Made by a program: the position numbers and the translations under genes. The notes below the pieces were generated by a model. That model made no database searches. It had not been told where the DNA came from and saw only the letters and a program-made list of their open reading frames with translations. A DNA stretch of 64,000 nt. It comes from Ruditapes philippinarum (lineage: Eukaryota). Where the stretch lies: NCBI RefSeq assembly GCF_026571515.1, contig NW_026857081.1:1-64000 (forward strand). Direction: 5' to 3'. Positions within the stretch are counted from its first letter, which is position 1, and each line of letters starts with the position of its first letter. Shown piece after piece: positions 1 to 14,012 of the stretch.

Positions 1-731
1 ATTTTCCAATAAATTTTGTGCTAGAGTTGTAAACCTTGTCACATATGATGTGGTTGATGACAAGCAACTTATATTTAAAGTTTGAAGAAAATACCTTAAG
101 AAAATAAAGAACTTATAGTGAAAAAACTTAAAAACTAGAATCAGAAATCTTGAAATTCAGTATATTTGTTGCCATAGCAACCAGAATTTTCAACATAGGA
201 AGATAAGAAAAGGATGTGCATAATTTCCATACTGCCATCTACCCATATGTTAAATTTCAAAAAAAATATTTTCAGTACTTTTTGTGTTATCACTGGATCC
301 AGGTTATGTGTAAAATTTGCCATATTTTCAGTCTATTTGTTGCCATAGCAACCAGAATTTTCAACATAGGAAGAAAAAGAAAAAGACGTGCATAATCTCC
401 ATACTGCCATCTATCCATATATCAAGTTTCATAAAAATATTTTCAGTACTTTTTGCGTTATCGCGGGATCCAGGTTATGTGTAAAATTTGCCATATTTTC
501 AGTCTATTTGTTGCCATAGCAACCAGAATTTTCAACATAGGAAGAAAAGAAAAAGACGTGCATAATCTCCATACTGCCATCTATCCATATACCAAGTGTC
601 ATTAAAATATTTTAAGTACTTTTTGCGTTATCGCGGGATCCAGTTCTGTGGACGGACGGACTGACAGACGGACAGACAGACGGACGGAGGGTAAACCTAA
701 AGTCCCCTCCGGTAAACCGGTAGGGGACTAA
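1..731 (-). mobile_element. Non-autonomous Helentron-type (HINE-like) element with ~171-bp internal tandem units, inserted into the viral capsid gene
   Basis: Units recur at 171/342/513 (gccatagcaaccagaattttcaacatagga). A (GGAC/GACA)n microsatellite lies at 650-688 and a terminal palindrome agtcccctccggtaaaccggtaggggact at 701-729. A near-identical inverted copy starts at 63601. Confidence 0.8.
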
Positions 732-1440
732 TAACCATTTTACCATCTACCTGTTGTCTTATTTGTCTTGCAAGTTCTGGGTCAGACACCATATCGAATT
801 CCAAACATATGTTTTTGATTGTATAACTTGAAGTAGCATCTGTTGATTTAATTACTTTTTCATAATCATTAAAAGTAAGTTCATATTCGAGTCTGTCACC
901 AAGACCAGCTTGGTAGAATGGCATATGAGTTTCTAATAGTTCAAAATCAAGTGGGATGCAGAACCTGTTTTTGTATGCTTTTGCTACAGCCTCATCTTCT
1001 TTGTCTGATGAAGCATCTGCAGCACCAATCCTGTGTTTCAACATATTATCTTTACCGATACCTTGATAAGCCATATTTACACGTTCAGGGGGAGACTTCC
1101 ATAAATCGATATAACAATGGTAGATGTCACTGTCATCAATAGACATAACTTCATTTCCACTTATTCTAATTGTTGTTTTCTTAATTATTGCTCTTCCTAT
1201 GCTTTGATATACTGTTGCATTTACATCTTTAGAGTTTAGTTCAATTTCAAATGCTAATCTGACTGATCCGGGAACAATAACATCATTACTACTTAGATTA
1301 GGAAATCTAACTAATAATTGTTGATTTTGGTCAATAGTTGAAGGATTATTGGTTATAACAACACTTTGACGAATTCCTCTTATACCACGTGGTTCTCTTA
1401 ATTTTCTGTAGGGGTTTAATTTTTCTCCAAAAGCCGACAT
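732..1440 (-). CDS. Double-jelly-roll major capsid protein of a Polinton/adintovirus-like virus, N-terminal ~236 aa, interrupted by the Helentron-type element
   Basis: Intronless ORF. Motif order PSTIDQNQQLLVRFP..D....LAFEIEL, GRAIIKKTTIRISGNEV..I, FCIPLDF..MPF..L.YELTFND fits the first jelly roll of PRD1-adenovirus-lineage MCPs. The last residues of the ORF track (SPLPVYRRGL) are read from the inserted repeat. Recognised by eye, not by search. Confidence 0.75.
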
Positions 1441-1483
1441 TTTTAAAGGGAAATTTTTAAGGATATTTTTTAAGTTATAAAAA

Positions 1484-2781
1484 ATGGCTGAAGGCGGATT
1501 TGAATTTGATAATTCTGCGTTTGATAAAGATGACTATGATGAACTGCTTGTAGATGATGATTATGAATTTAATAGAACTATACAAAACCGAAGTGCTCAT
1601 ATTGAGGATATCGGTGATGATGTTGATACAAGAACACAATTAATAGTACAACAGAAACAATATGTAGTTAAAGAATATTACAAGTTGATAAAAGAAAAGT
1701 ATGGTTTAGACCCAGTATATATTGATTATTCAAACTTTGAACTTGGTCCTGATAATAAAACACTATTTTTAAAGTTAAGTGATAAAGATACTCAAATTAC
1801 TTCCAAAAAAGGTGATAGTTTTATAAACTTGGGTTCTTTGGCGAGTAAAATTGGTAGTGGTGGAACAAGTGCAATTAGAGACTTATTAAACTTACCTGAT
1901 TATAGATCTACAACTAAAACATTATCAGCACAAGCGGCTAAAAGTTTGCAAAAGGTGAAAGATGATCTACCTAATGTTGATAATATAGAAATGACTGATT
2001 TACCTAATGCAGCTGAAACTGCAGTGAAAGTAATAGAAACATCATTTACTGACGAACAAGAAACACAAACAGATATGACAAAAAGAGAAATGGATGGTGT
2101 CCTCAAAGCGATGACTACTGTAAAAGAAGAGATTGCAAATGAATTAGTTAAGCTATCTGGAACAAATAAAGACATAGAAAAAGAAAAACATAAATTAGAA
2201 CAAGCCAAATCATATAATGATGAATTCCAAATAGAGAGGATAAGTAGTCGAATAAGAGATTTGGAGTCTGAGAAAAGTGCAAGACTGGAAGTAATTAATG
2301 TTAATAGAGATAAATTATGTAGTCAGATAAATAGGATAAAGGAAACAATAAATAAAGTATTAAAAGAAGACACTACATTAGCTGAAAGAATAAAAACTTT
2401 ATTTAGAGAACAAGGAATTACAATTGTTAGTGTTTTAACTGCTTTTGGTATGATTATTGGTGTTATTGTTTTTTATTGTGTTTGTTGACTTTTATTCCTA
2501 CTACCGGTGGTGGAACTACAACACCTAAGCCTCCTCCAAAAGATGGAAGTGGTGTAAAAGACTGGATAAAAAAACAATTATCAAATCTTGGTAAACTGTT
2601 AGCTACTCTAGCTGGTAAAGCTGCGGAAGCATTGCCCGGTATTATCGGTGCTATTGTTTCTTGGTTGCTTTCCTCTGCCAGCAAGGTTGTATCCTGGTTT
2701 GGTGAACATTTATGGGGATTAGTTGTTCTTGTTGCCGGAATGTTGTATGCAGCTGCTAATAATTATATTAATAAAAAGTAA
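1484..2781 (+). CDS. Viral coiled-coil protein with C-terminal hydrophobic/amphipathic helices; one frameshift near 2470
   Basis: ORFs 1484-2488 and 2476-2781 overlap at a T-rich stretch. Acidic N-terminus, long heptad region, hydrophobic GITIVSVLTAFGMIIGVIV, G/T/P linker, then amphipathic/TM segments (LPGIIGAIVSWLL; LWGLVVLVAGMLYAAA). Confidence 0.65.
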
Positions 2782-2787
2782 AAAAAA

Positions 2788-3442
2788 CTATATAATTTCC
2801 AATACACAACTAATTGTTAATCCATTGTTGTTTATTTTCTGACCTTTCTCATCACAAACGCTTATACTTAATTCAGAAATATCACCATGTGTCAATTGTT
2901 TGTATTGTGGATTACTAAAATTAATATGAACAATATCACGGAATGGTTTATTTTCAACGGGAACAACACAAAGAATAATTACTAGGAGCACCATCAAAGA
3001 AAATTGTAAGAGCTATTTATTTGCTCAAGATGAACATATAGTTGTTTATAAGGTGCAAAATCTATTGTTCTTTCACCGTAGTGCGTTTTCATTAGCAGTA
3101 AATCTTTTTCTTATTTTTAAACCCTAATATTTGTTTTAAACCTTTACTTATCTTCAAATCATCGGAAGTAATTAAAGAGGCAATACCATTTGTTTCATTT
3201 ACAGTTAATGTAATATTATAATTGTCAAATATATCTACTATTTGTTGAAAACTGTAAATAACCATTTGTAATCTTGTTAGGACTATCAAAATCCTTTTGT
3301 ATATATTCATCAATTAAATTATAACCAACCTATAGTATAAGTAAAACTCTTTAATCCGATTCTCTTATTTCCACATTTGTTATCTATATATAATTGTAGC
3401 AAATTTATAGTGTTTTTCAATGTTTGAAATTGTTTGATACAT
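2788..3442 (-). CDS. Minor capsid (penton-like, single jelly roll) protein, frameshifted
   Basis: Reconstructed across indels: MYQTISN...IGLKSFTYTIGWYNL...NGY.SFQQI...LKQILGF...DFAPYKQLYVHLEQI..DGAPS..LCVVPV...FSNPQYKQL..ISELSISVCDEKGQKIN..ISCVLEII. The size (~210 aa) and C-terminal pattern fit Polinton-type pentons. It includes track ORFs 2788-2997 and 3092-3313. Confidence 0.65.
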
Positions 3443-3457
3443 TTTTAATAAATAAAA

Positions 3458-4816
3458 ATGACAGTACATAATTTCAAATACAACGAAGAAGTAGTTTATA
3501 ATACAGGAGGAATATATCTTAAAAACATATAGATATAATAAAACAATCCGTTATTATTTCATCAGATAAGAAAAGTTTTAATGCGGATTTCCCAAATATA
3601 TTTGAAAATTACTATTACCAAAAATATCATCAAATGAAATAGTTAATAGATGGAATGCAGAGTGGTTTATCGTTTTGGCAAAATCAATTAAACTTCGCTA
3701 TATGGTGTGCTACTACAGGTTGTGGTATAGATGTTAACAACCATTTAAAAGCAGGGTTGACCGGTTCACTATTCTTATTTCACGTTTACTACCAAACAAG
3801 AAGAATATTATTTTAATTATCTATTGCCCTACCACAAGATGAAAGTTGGAATGCATTTAACAATTTACAGTTATGACCGTGGTGCTTACGAAAGAATATG
3901 TAAAGAGTTTAATGTAGACCCTCATTCAGATTGGAGACAAAAAATGTATAAAAGTGGAAATGGTTTAGGATTAGTTCACACAACTAGTCACTCTGCATGG
4001 AAACGAACTGATTTTAGACATGATTATTCTTCAAAACATATTTCTAGCAGCATATCATCTGATTTAGATTTATCAAAAATGACATTCGGGGCTGAAGTTC
4101 CAGGTGGAAGAAAATGTGGTATTTCATCATGCGAATATCTTACGCCAAAGAAAATTCATATTGATTATATTCAACAAGAAGATGATGTTAAGGATGTTTG
4201 GACCACATTTATTCTCGATACTTCAGAAGGTTTTACGAGATCAGGTGTCAACGGATTAACGAATCCATAAGGACTTATTGTTGGGCTATTCTTGGTTCAC
4301 AATCTCAAACTAGAACGGATATACTTGGAACAGGAACAGCTTTTGATGCGCAAAAACAATTTCTTGCAAACGTTGAGGATGCAATTAATAGTCCCGTAGA
4401 TTTACCGAGTCAAATTAAAAGATATCAAAATACATTAAAATATGCCAGAAGTAAAGTTGATTATGTTTACGGAATTGGTTTGTACATGTCTCCTAGTAAT
4501 ATGGAATTAAAAATCGGAGAAATACAAAATTATAATAATAAAATTATAGTAGCAACTAATTATCAAAAACTTGGATTGAATAATGATGTTAATATTCAAC
4601 CAATTCCAACAATTCTACATACAGAAATTAAAGGAACACCAACAAAGAAATCTTTACCAGAACCTAAAGAAATAGCTAAATCTTTAGTTAAATTGTCAGA
4701 TGGAATAGAAAAAAAAAGAAAAAAATATATCAATAGAACACGAAGATAAAAAAACAGCATTAATCGTCGGTAGTATAGTAATAGGTATTATTACATTTTA
4801 CTTTTTACGAATATAA
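3458..4816 (+). CDS. Uncharacterised ~450-aa viral protein with a C-terminal membrane anchor, several frameshifts and a stop
   Basis: ATG at 3458. Pieces read ...FWQNQLNFAIWCATTGCG...FHVYYQTRRIL...YDRGAYERICKEFNV...DWRQ...RINESIRTYCWAILGSQSQTR...FDAQKQFLANVEDAIN...YNNKIIVAT, ending in KKTALIVGSIVIGIITFYFLRI* (TAA 4814-4816). It joins track ORFs 3824-4270 and 4198-4749. Confidence 0.6.
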
Positions 4817-5238
4817 TTTTTTCGGATGCCTATATATCATTTTTTTCTTTTTTAGGGGTGTGGGTTCGAGTCCCGCCGGGGATAAAATTTTTTTTTTTTT
4901 TTTTTTGGGGCGGGTACTATAATTATCATGATTTAAGCATTTCTATACTTTTCAATTTGGGGTATAACGGGATGATATTTTTTTTTTAGGATGAGGGAGA
5001 GGAGTAATATAATATATTACTATCAGTTCTTAAGATATTTTTTACACTTTTCCCAAACAACCTTCATTTGTGGACAGATGTCTTTCATATTTAGGGAGAA
5101 GATATCTTGCATTGTCTTCCTTTTGATTGAGTTAGAGTTCAGTTGGTCAAGATCAGGAGTGCCATAGATATGGTTTTCAATGTATATTTCATAAAAACAC
5201 AATAAAATATTGATGTTTTAAAAATATTGATATATGTC

Positions 5239-5294
5239 CACACATACACACACGCACGCACGCACGCACGACACACGCACGCACGCGCACACAC
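5239..5294. repeat. (CA)/(CGCA)n microsatellite
   Basis: cacatacacacacgcacgcacgcacgcacg... Confidence 0.9.
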
Positions 5295-5439
5295 TTACCA
5301 GTTAATGTTAATGTCTTACCCTTTTCCTTCCGTAAAAACTATAAAGATCGTTTCGTTAAACACTGCTATACAATTTTTTTTTGATTGTTTAAAGAAGCCT
5401 AAAATTATTTCTAACATTGCTTTAAAATAGTTTGTATGC

Positions 5440-6187
5440 ACATGAACAAACTTATTAATGAATACCATCTTAATTAAACAATATGTTGACATAATTATGG
5501 TCGACGAAGTCTATTTATAAAATAGATTTTGATAATGCATTTGATGAACACTTTGTTGATAAGTTTAGTGCAGAATTACTCTATCTCAATTGAACATCAA
5601 TTTCGCATCATACATATTGTACTTTATCTACTGATCTATACACGAAGAAAATGCAACGTGGACTCTAGATTGTATTATGTATAAACATTAAAATGGTAAA
5701 GTGGACTTTGTATTGTATTATGTATAAACATCAAACGAGAGTTTCAAGTATCTTATCTATATGTAGTAATATCTACATTTGCTCATTCCGTTGGACAATT
5801 GTTTGATGCTATAAAATGGTTTCTTTGTTTTGTAAATTAAAGTATTTAACATGCCTTACTCTTTCCTATACATTTTAATACTCAACTTGTTTTGGAATTT
5901 AATAACGAATATTTTCATGGAAGTTTATTTGACATATCGCATGTGCCGGGAAATGATACGATATTTCATTTTTACTAAACAAATAGCATTGCACGTGCTT
6001 TTTATTCACTGCTTTGTTTACCAAATATTAAATTTAGAATGTTTGTAGTCTGATAATGAATTCAAAGTGTTTTGTTATGTTTATCAACACCGTCAAATTT
6101 TGTAGATACTAGTTCTTTACTATGCGTTTCAAGTTGCGAGGGTCAATGTGTCTTAAATAAAGGTTGTTTATAAGACTGTAGTGTACA
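5440..6187 (+). pseudogene. Truncated copy (A) of the 5' end of EGF-repeat receptor gene B
   Basis: Aligns with ~13555-14305 (MIRYFIFTKQIALHVLFIH...). It has TAG at 6046-6048, an internal deletion near 6075, and ends at the repeat gtgattaatgcttccga. Confidence 0.85.
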
Positions 6188-7024
6188 GCATGTATTTTTG
6201 TTGTGATTAATGCTTCCGATGGATCACTTTGTTTCCAGATTTATTTTTTTGTAACTGAATATAACTACAGTTTGTATTTGTATTGCTTGCAACAATCTTC
6301 TGATGAATTACTGATGCCAACATTTGTTATTTTCCGCATCTTTTTGTGTTGGACGGCTGCAGATATAACTATTTTAAACTGCTAAAATTGATAACTCCTG
6401 ATCAGTACACCAACACTGGAGAACGATAGGATATCGATGTATAATTCATAATCAACAGTTTGCTGTTGACCTGATTGCTTATCTAACATATATTCCAGGA
6501 AAACATCCTTCGGAACAAACATTATTCGTTAGTTAAATAAATTTTATATAATAAATGATTAAGGTTGCTATATATGTACCATTGTGAATACCATTCCGTA
6601 TTTCGAGGGAAATGAATAATACGTTATCAAATGACCAGTTAGTGTTATAGAAACAATATAAATATATAATCAGTTCAATGAAAACAAACGCTTTCTTTAG
6701 CTCTCGACGGTTGGTTAGTCATCTTCAGAAGAAATTTACGTTTATAAAATGACAATTGACGCAACGTCCTTTTACCTACACCGCTAAAAGGAACGAAATA
6801 TAATCGAAAACTTTGTCTAATAAATACAGAATCTTTCATACATAATGCTGCAATATACAATAATTTATACGTAGAATATAAATTGGCACAAGTGAAAAAC
6901 GAAATTCTAATAATAGAAAATAATAAAAAAATACTTGATAAGATTTTTTTTGTTTGTTTAGGCTTTACATCACATCGACACAGTATAGGTCATAAAAAAG
7001 AATGTAAACGTTAAATAGTAGAAC

Positions 7025-7462
7025 AACAAGAGCTGTCGGTAGGACAGCAACGCTCGACTATTCTTAGTGCTTGATAGTAAAAAAAAATGCTTGATACAGT
7101 TACCTCCTCCTGTTTACAGGTTGGGGTAATGATGGTGAACAAGTGTGCAAAGTTTCAAAGCCATATGTCAATGAACTTTGAAAATATTTGAGGTATTACA
7201 AAAACTTTAACATAAATTATAAGTCGAAAAAGGGGCATAATTCTGTCAAAATGCTTGATAGAGTTACCTCCTCCTGTCTACAAGTTGGGGTCATGATGGT
7301 AAACAAGTGTGCAAAGTTTCAAAGCCATATGTCAATGGACTTTGAAAATGTTTGAACTATTACAAAAACTTTAACATAAGTGGTTACGCCGAAGCAGACG
7401 CCGACACTGACGCTCGGGTGACTGCAATAGCTCTACTTCTTCTTATCGAATAGTCGAGCTAA
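7025..7462. mobile_element. HINE-like non-autonomous element
   Basis: Ends aacaagagctgtc...gctcgacta and tagtcgagct (subterminal inverted repeat), internal tandem units and a GACGCC-type microsatellite. Same family as 11381 and 48385. Confidence 0.7.
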
Positions 7463-7527
7463 AAATGTCTATAAATAAATTAATAATGGACAAAAAGAAG
7501 AAGAAAAGAAATGAAATTAAATGTTAC

Positions 7528-11196
<3,669 letters not shown>

Positions 11197-11380
11197 TCAT
11201 ATTGTTATGGATATTAAGTGTTCAATAATTGTATTTGTGGGCTAAAACGTCAAACTTTTGTTGAATTTCTTTTTACTTGCCTAAGAAAAACCTTGAACTC
11301 ATTCCTGGACACTAGTGGCTAAAATAATATGCCTATCAAACCATTACTGACATAGTCTTACCTCTATATACAAGCAGTCA

Positions 11381-12358
11381 AACAAGAGCTGTCCGTAAGA
11401 CAGCGCGCTCGACTTTTTTATTGCTTGCCAATAAAAAAAGTTTTTGCAGTAAAAGGCAATACAAGAATCTCTGTATTTTTAAAGTGAACAATGGCCATGA
11501 GCATTAAGATATTTAGTGACGAATTATTTTATTATGACATAATTTATGGTAAAGTGAACAAGTGGATAGGAATGAATTTTTTTAGATTTTTTAAGTTTTT
11601 TAGTGCTTGCCTATAATACAAAACATTGACAGTTAAGGGCCATAATTCAAATAAAATCTTTGACAGAATTACCTTCATCCTGGACATGTTTGGGAATCAT
11701 GATTGTAAACAAGTATTCCAACTTTCAAATTAATATCTCAAACAGTTCAGTCAAAAGTGGACTGGTACTAAAAACTTAACCAAGATTCTAAGTCGATAAA
11801 AGGCCTTAATTTTTAAAAACAAATCCTTGACAGAGTTACCTTCTCTTGCGTACAGATGGGGGTAATGATGTGAAATAGCATTAAAAGTTTCAAAGCAATA
11901 TCTCAAAGGGTTAAGGCAATAAGTGGATTTTACCCATATTCAATGTATTTTCTAAGTCAAAAAGGGGCATAATTCTGTCAAAAACCTTGACAGAGTTATG
12001 TCCTCTTGTCTGTTGATGAAGGTCGTGATGGTAAACAAGTATGGTCAGTTTCAAAGCAATACCTCCAATGGTTTTGAAATAAAGTGAGGTGGTACAAAAA
12101 ACTTAACCAAGCTCAATACACTTTCTAAGTCAAAAAAGGGCCATAATTCTGTCAAAAACCTTGACAGAGTTATGTACTCTTGTCTGTAGATGGAGGTTAT
12201 GATGGTGAACAAGTATGGTAAGTTTCAAAGCCATACTTGTAATACTTCTGAAATAAAGTGGGGTGGTACGAAAAACTTAACCAAGGTGTGACGCCAACGC
12301 CGACGCCGACGCCGGGGCGAGTAGGATAGCTCCCCTTTTCATAGAAAAGTCGAGCTAA
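11381..12358. mobile_element. HINE-like non-autonomous element
   Basis: aacaagagctgtccgtaagacagcgcgctcgact...gacgccgacgcc...aagtcgagct. The part from 11600 to 12357 is almost identical to 48420-49190. Confidence 0.8.
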
Positions 12359-13177
12359 TAATAATTTATTTTCGTAGCAATAGTAAATACAATAGACCTG
12401 TTAAAATAGTCTGTAAAACAGTTATGACACGTTTACATTCTTTTTCCCGATTCTATACTTGAAATAATCATAAATGATGGGCAAAGTAAACTTAATAATG
12501 GTGCGTCACGGCAACTGAACAAAATGTATCACAACATTTAATATAGGTAGGTTCTTTTTATGAAGTAGTTTGCTTGTTATGACTTTTGTCAAACTATTAC
12601 CAGAAAATCAAGTTTAAATATGTTTATAACATGATTACTGTTTTTCAAAACTGGTTAAGAGTATTTTTGAGACAAGTCTAATTTGATTAATCGTATTACT
12701 AGTCCTCAGACAGTTTTGAATACCTGCTACAAGGCTCTGGTGCCAAACTAGTCATGTGATAAACGTATGTAATAAATAATATTTTAGTTTTGTTCATTAC
12801 TATAAGGAAACATTCTTCGCCTTCACGATGAGTCAGTAAATTATTATTACTACAATGATTTGTATGCATGTCAGTGAACGCACAATTGTTTAATTATTGA
12901 GTCAATTTTTACATTTCCTTCTTCACTTTCAGCCTTGTAAAGCAAATGATTCAATTATTGTAAGTGCATAAGTACGTGGTCATATGAACTGTTTTATTTC
13001 AAATTTCCTTGTTTTAGTCATGTAACGTATTGCAAATGATACATGCATGTGTTGACTATAAAAGGAAAGCTACACCGCATAATTTGCACCGAACGTATTG
13101 TAATGATTCAGGCAGAGGAAACAGGTCACTTTATCAATAATGCGCGTGCTATTATTAAAACTATGTTTGTCAATGAC

Positions 13178-13390
13178 TGCCTCCGTGGTCGAGGGGTTAG
13201 AGTCGATGACTTCTAATCTAGTTACCTCTCTGGCATGGGTTCGATCCCCGGGAGATGCTTTGGTGGTTTAGCACTGAGGAAGGTAGTCTAGTATTGGTGT
13301 AACTCTCCAGGAACGATGGTTAGGAAACTACCCGCCTATATGACTGAAATACTGTTGGGGAAAAGGCGTAAAATCAAACAAACAAAAAAC
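13178..13390 (+). mobile_element. tRNA-derived SINE
   Basis: A-box-like gtggtcgaggggttag, B-box ggttcgatccc, non-tRNA body and (AAAC)n tail. An inverted copy lies at 25280-25491. Confidence 0.8.
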
Positions 13391-14012
13391 TATGTTTGTC
13401 AAAAGATTGAACAATTCTGTTTTAAACTGCAGAAACAGCTGTTTAGTGTTTTGCAATGCCTGTAAAGATAAGAGCGATCGCTATTACAATCTGCCTTGTT
13501 TTAGAGGTTACCATTCTATAAATTTTAAATCAAAAATAACATTTTGAAAGCATCCTTATAATGAATAACATCATCATTAAACAATTTGTATATATATGGA
13601 CGACGGAGTCTATTCATAAAAATATTTTGTCACAATGTCTTTGATGACCACTTCGTTGATGAGCAAAGTGCAAAATCACTATATCTCAACTATACATTTA
13701 TTTTGCGTCATACATATTATTCTTTATCCACTGATTTTAAGTTCATTTTATACACGAAGAAAAGGCAAAGTAGACTGTATATTGTATTACGTATAATCAT
13801 TAAATGGGAAGGTTTTAAGTATCTTGTCTTCACATTTACTCGTTCCTTTGGACAATTGTTTGATGTGATAAAACGTTTTCTTTGTTTTGTAAACTCATTC
13901 AATTTTAAACATGCCTTTCACTTTAGGACTATTTTAAAACCCGACATGTGTTTTGGAATTTAATAACGAATATTTCATAGAACTTTATTTGATATATCGC
14001 ATGTGCCGGAAA

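Larger units (their letters stand above)
732..5021. mobile_element. Endogenous Polinton/adintovirus-like element (structural module and candidate terminus); the rest probably lies left of the window
   Basis: Four intronless genes with intergenic gaps of only 43, 6 and 15 bp, including MCP-like and penton-like genes. Coding density collapses after 4816, and a palindrome AGTAATATA-A-TATATTACT lies at 5003-5021. Confidence 0.7.

Noticed and set aside
13586-14012. 125-aa ORF and N-terminal extension upstream of gene B
   Set aside because: Non-ATG starts, not preserved in paralogous copy A, and alignment with gene C places the start at 14013.
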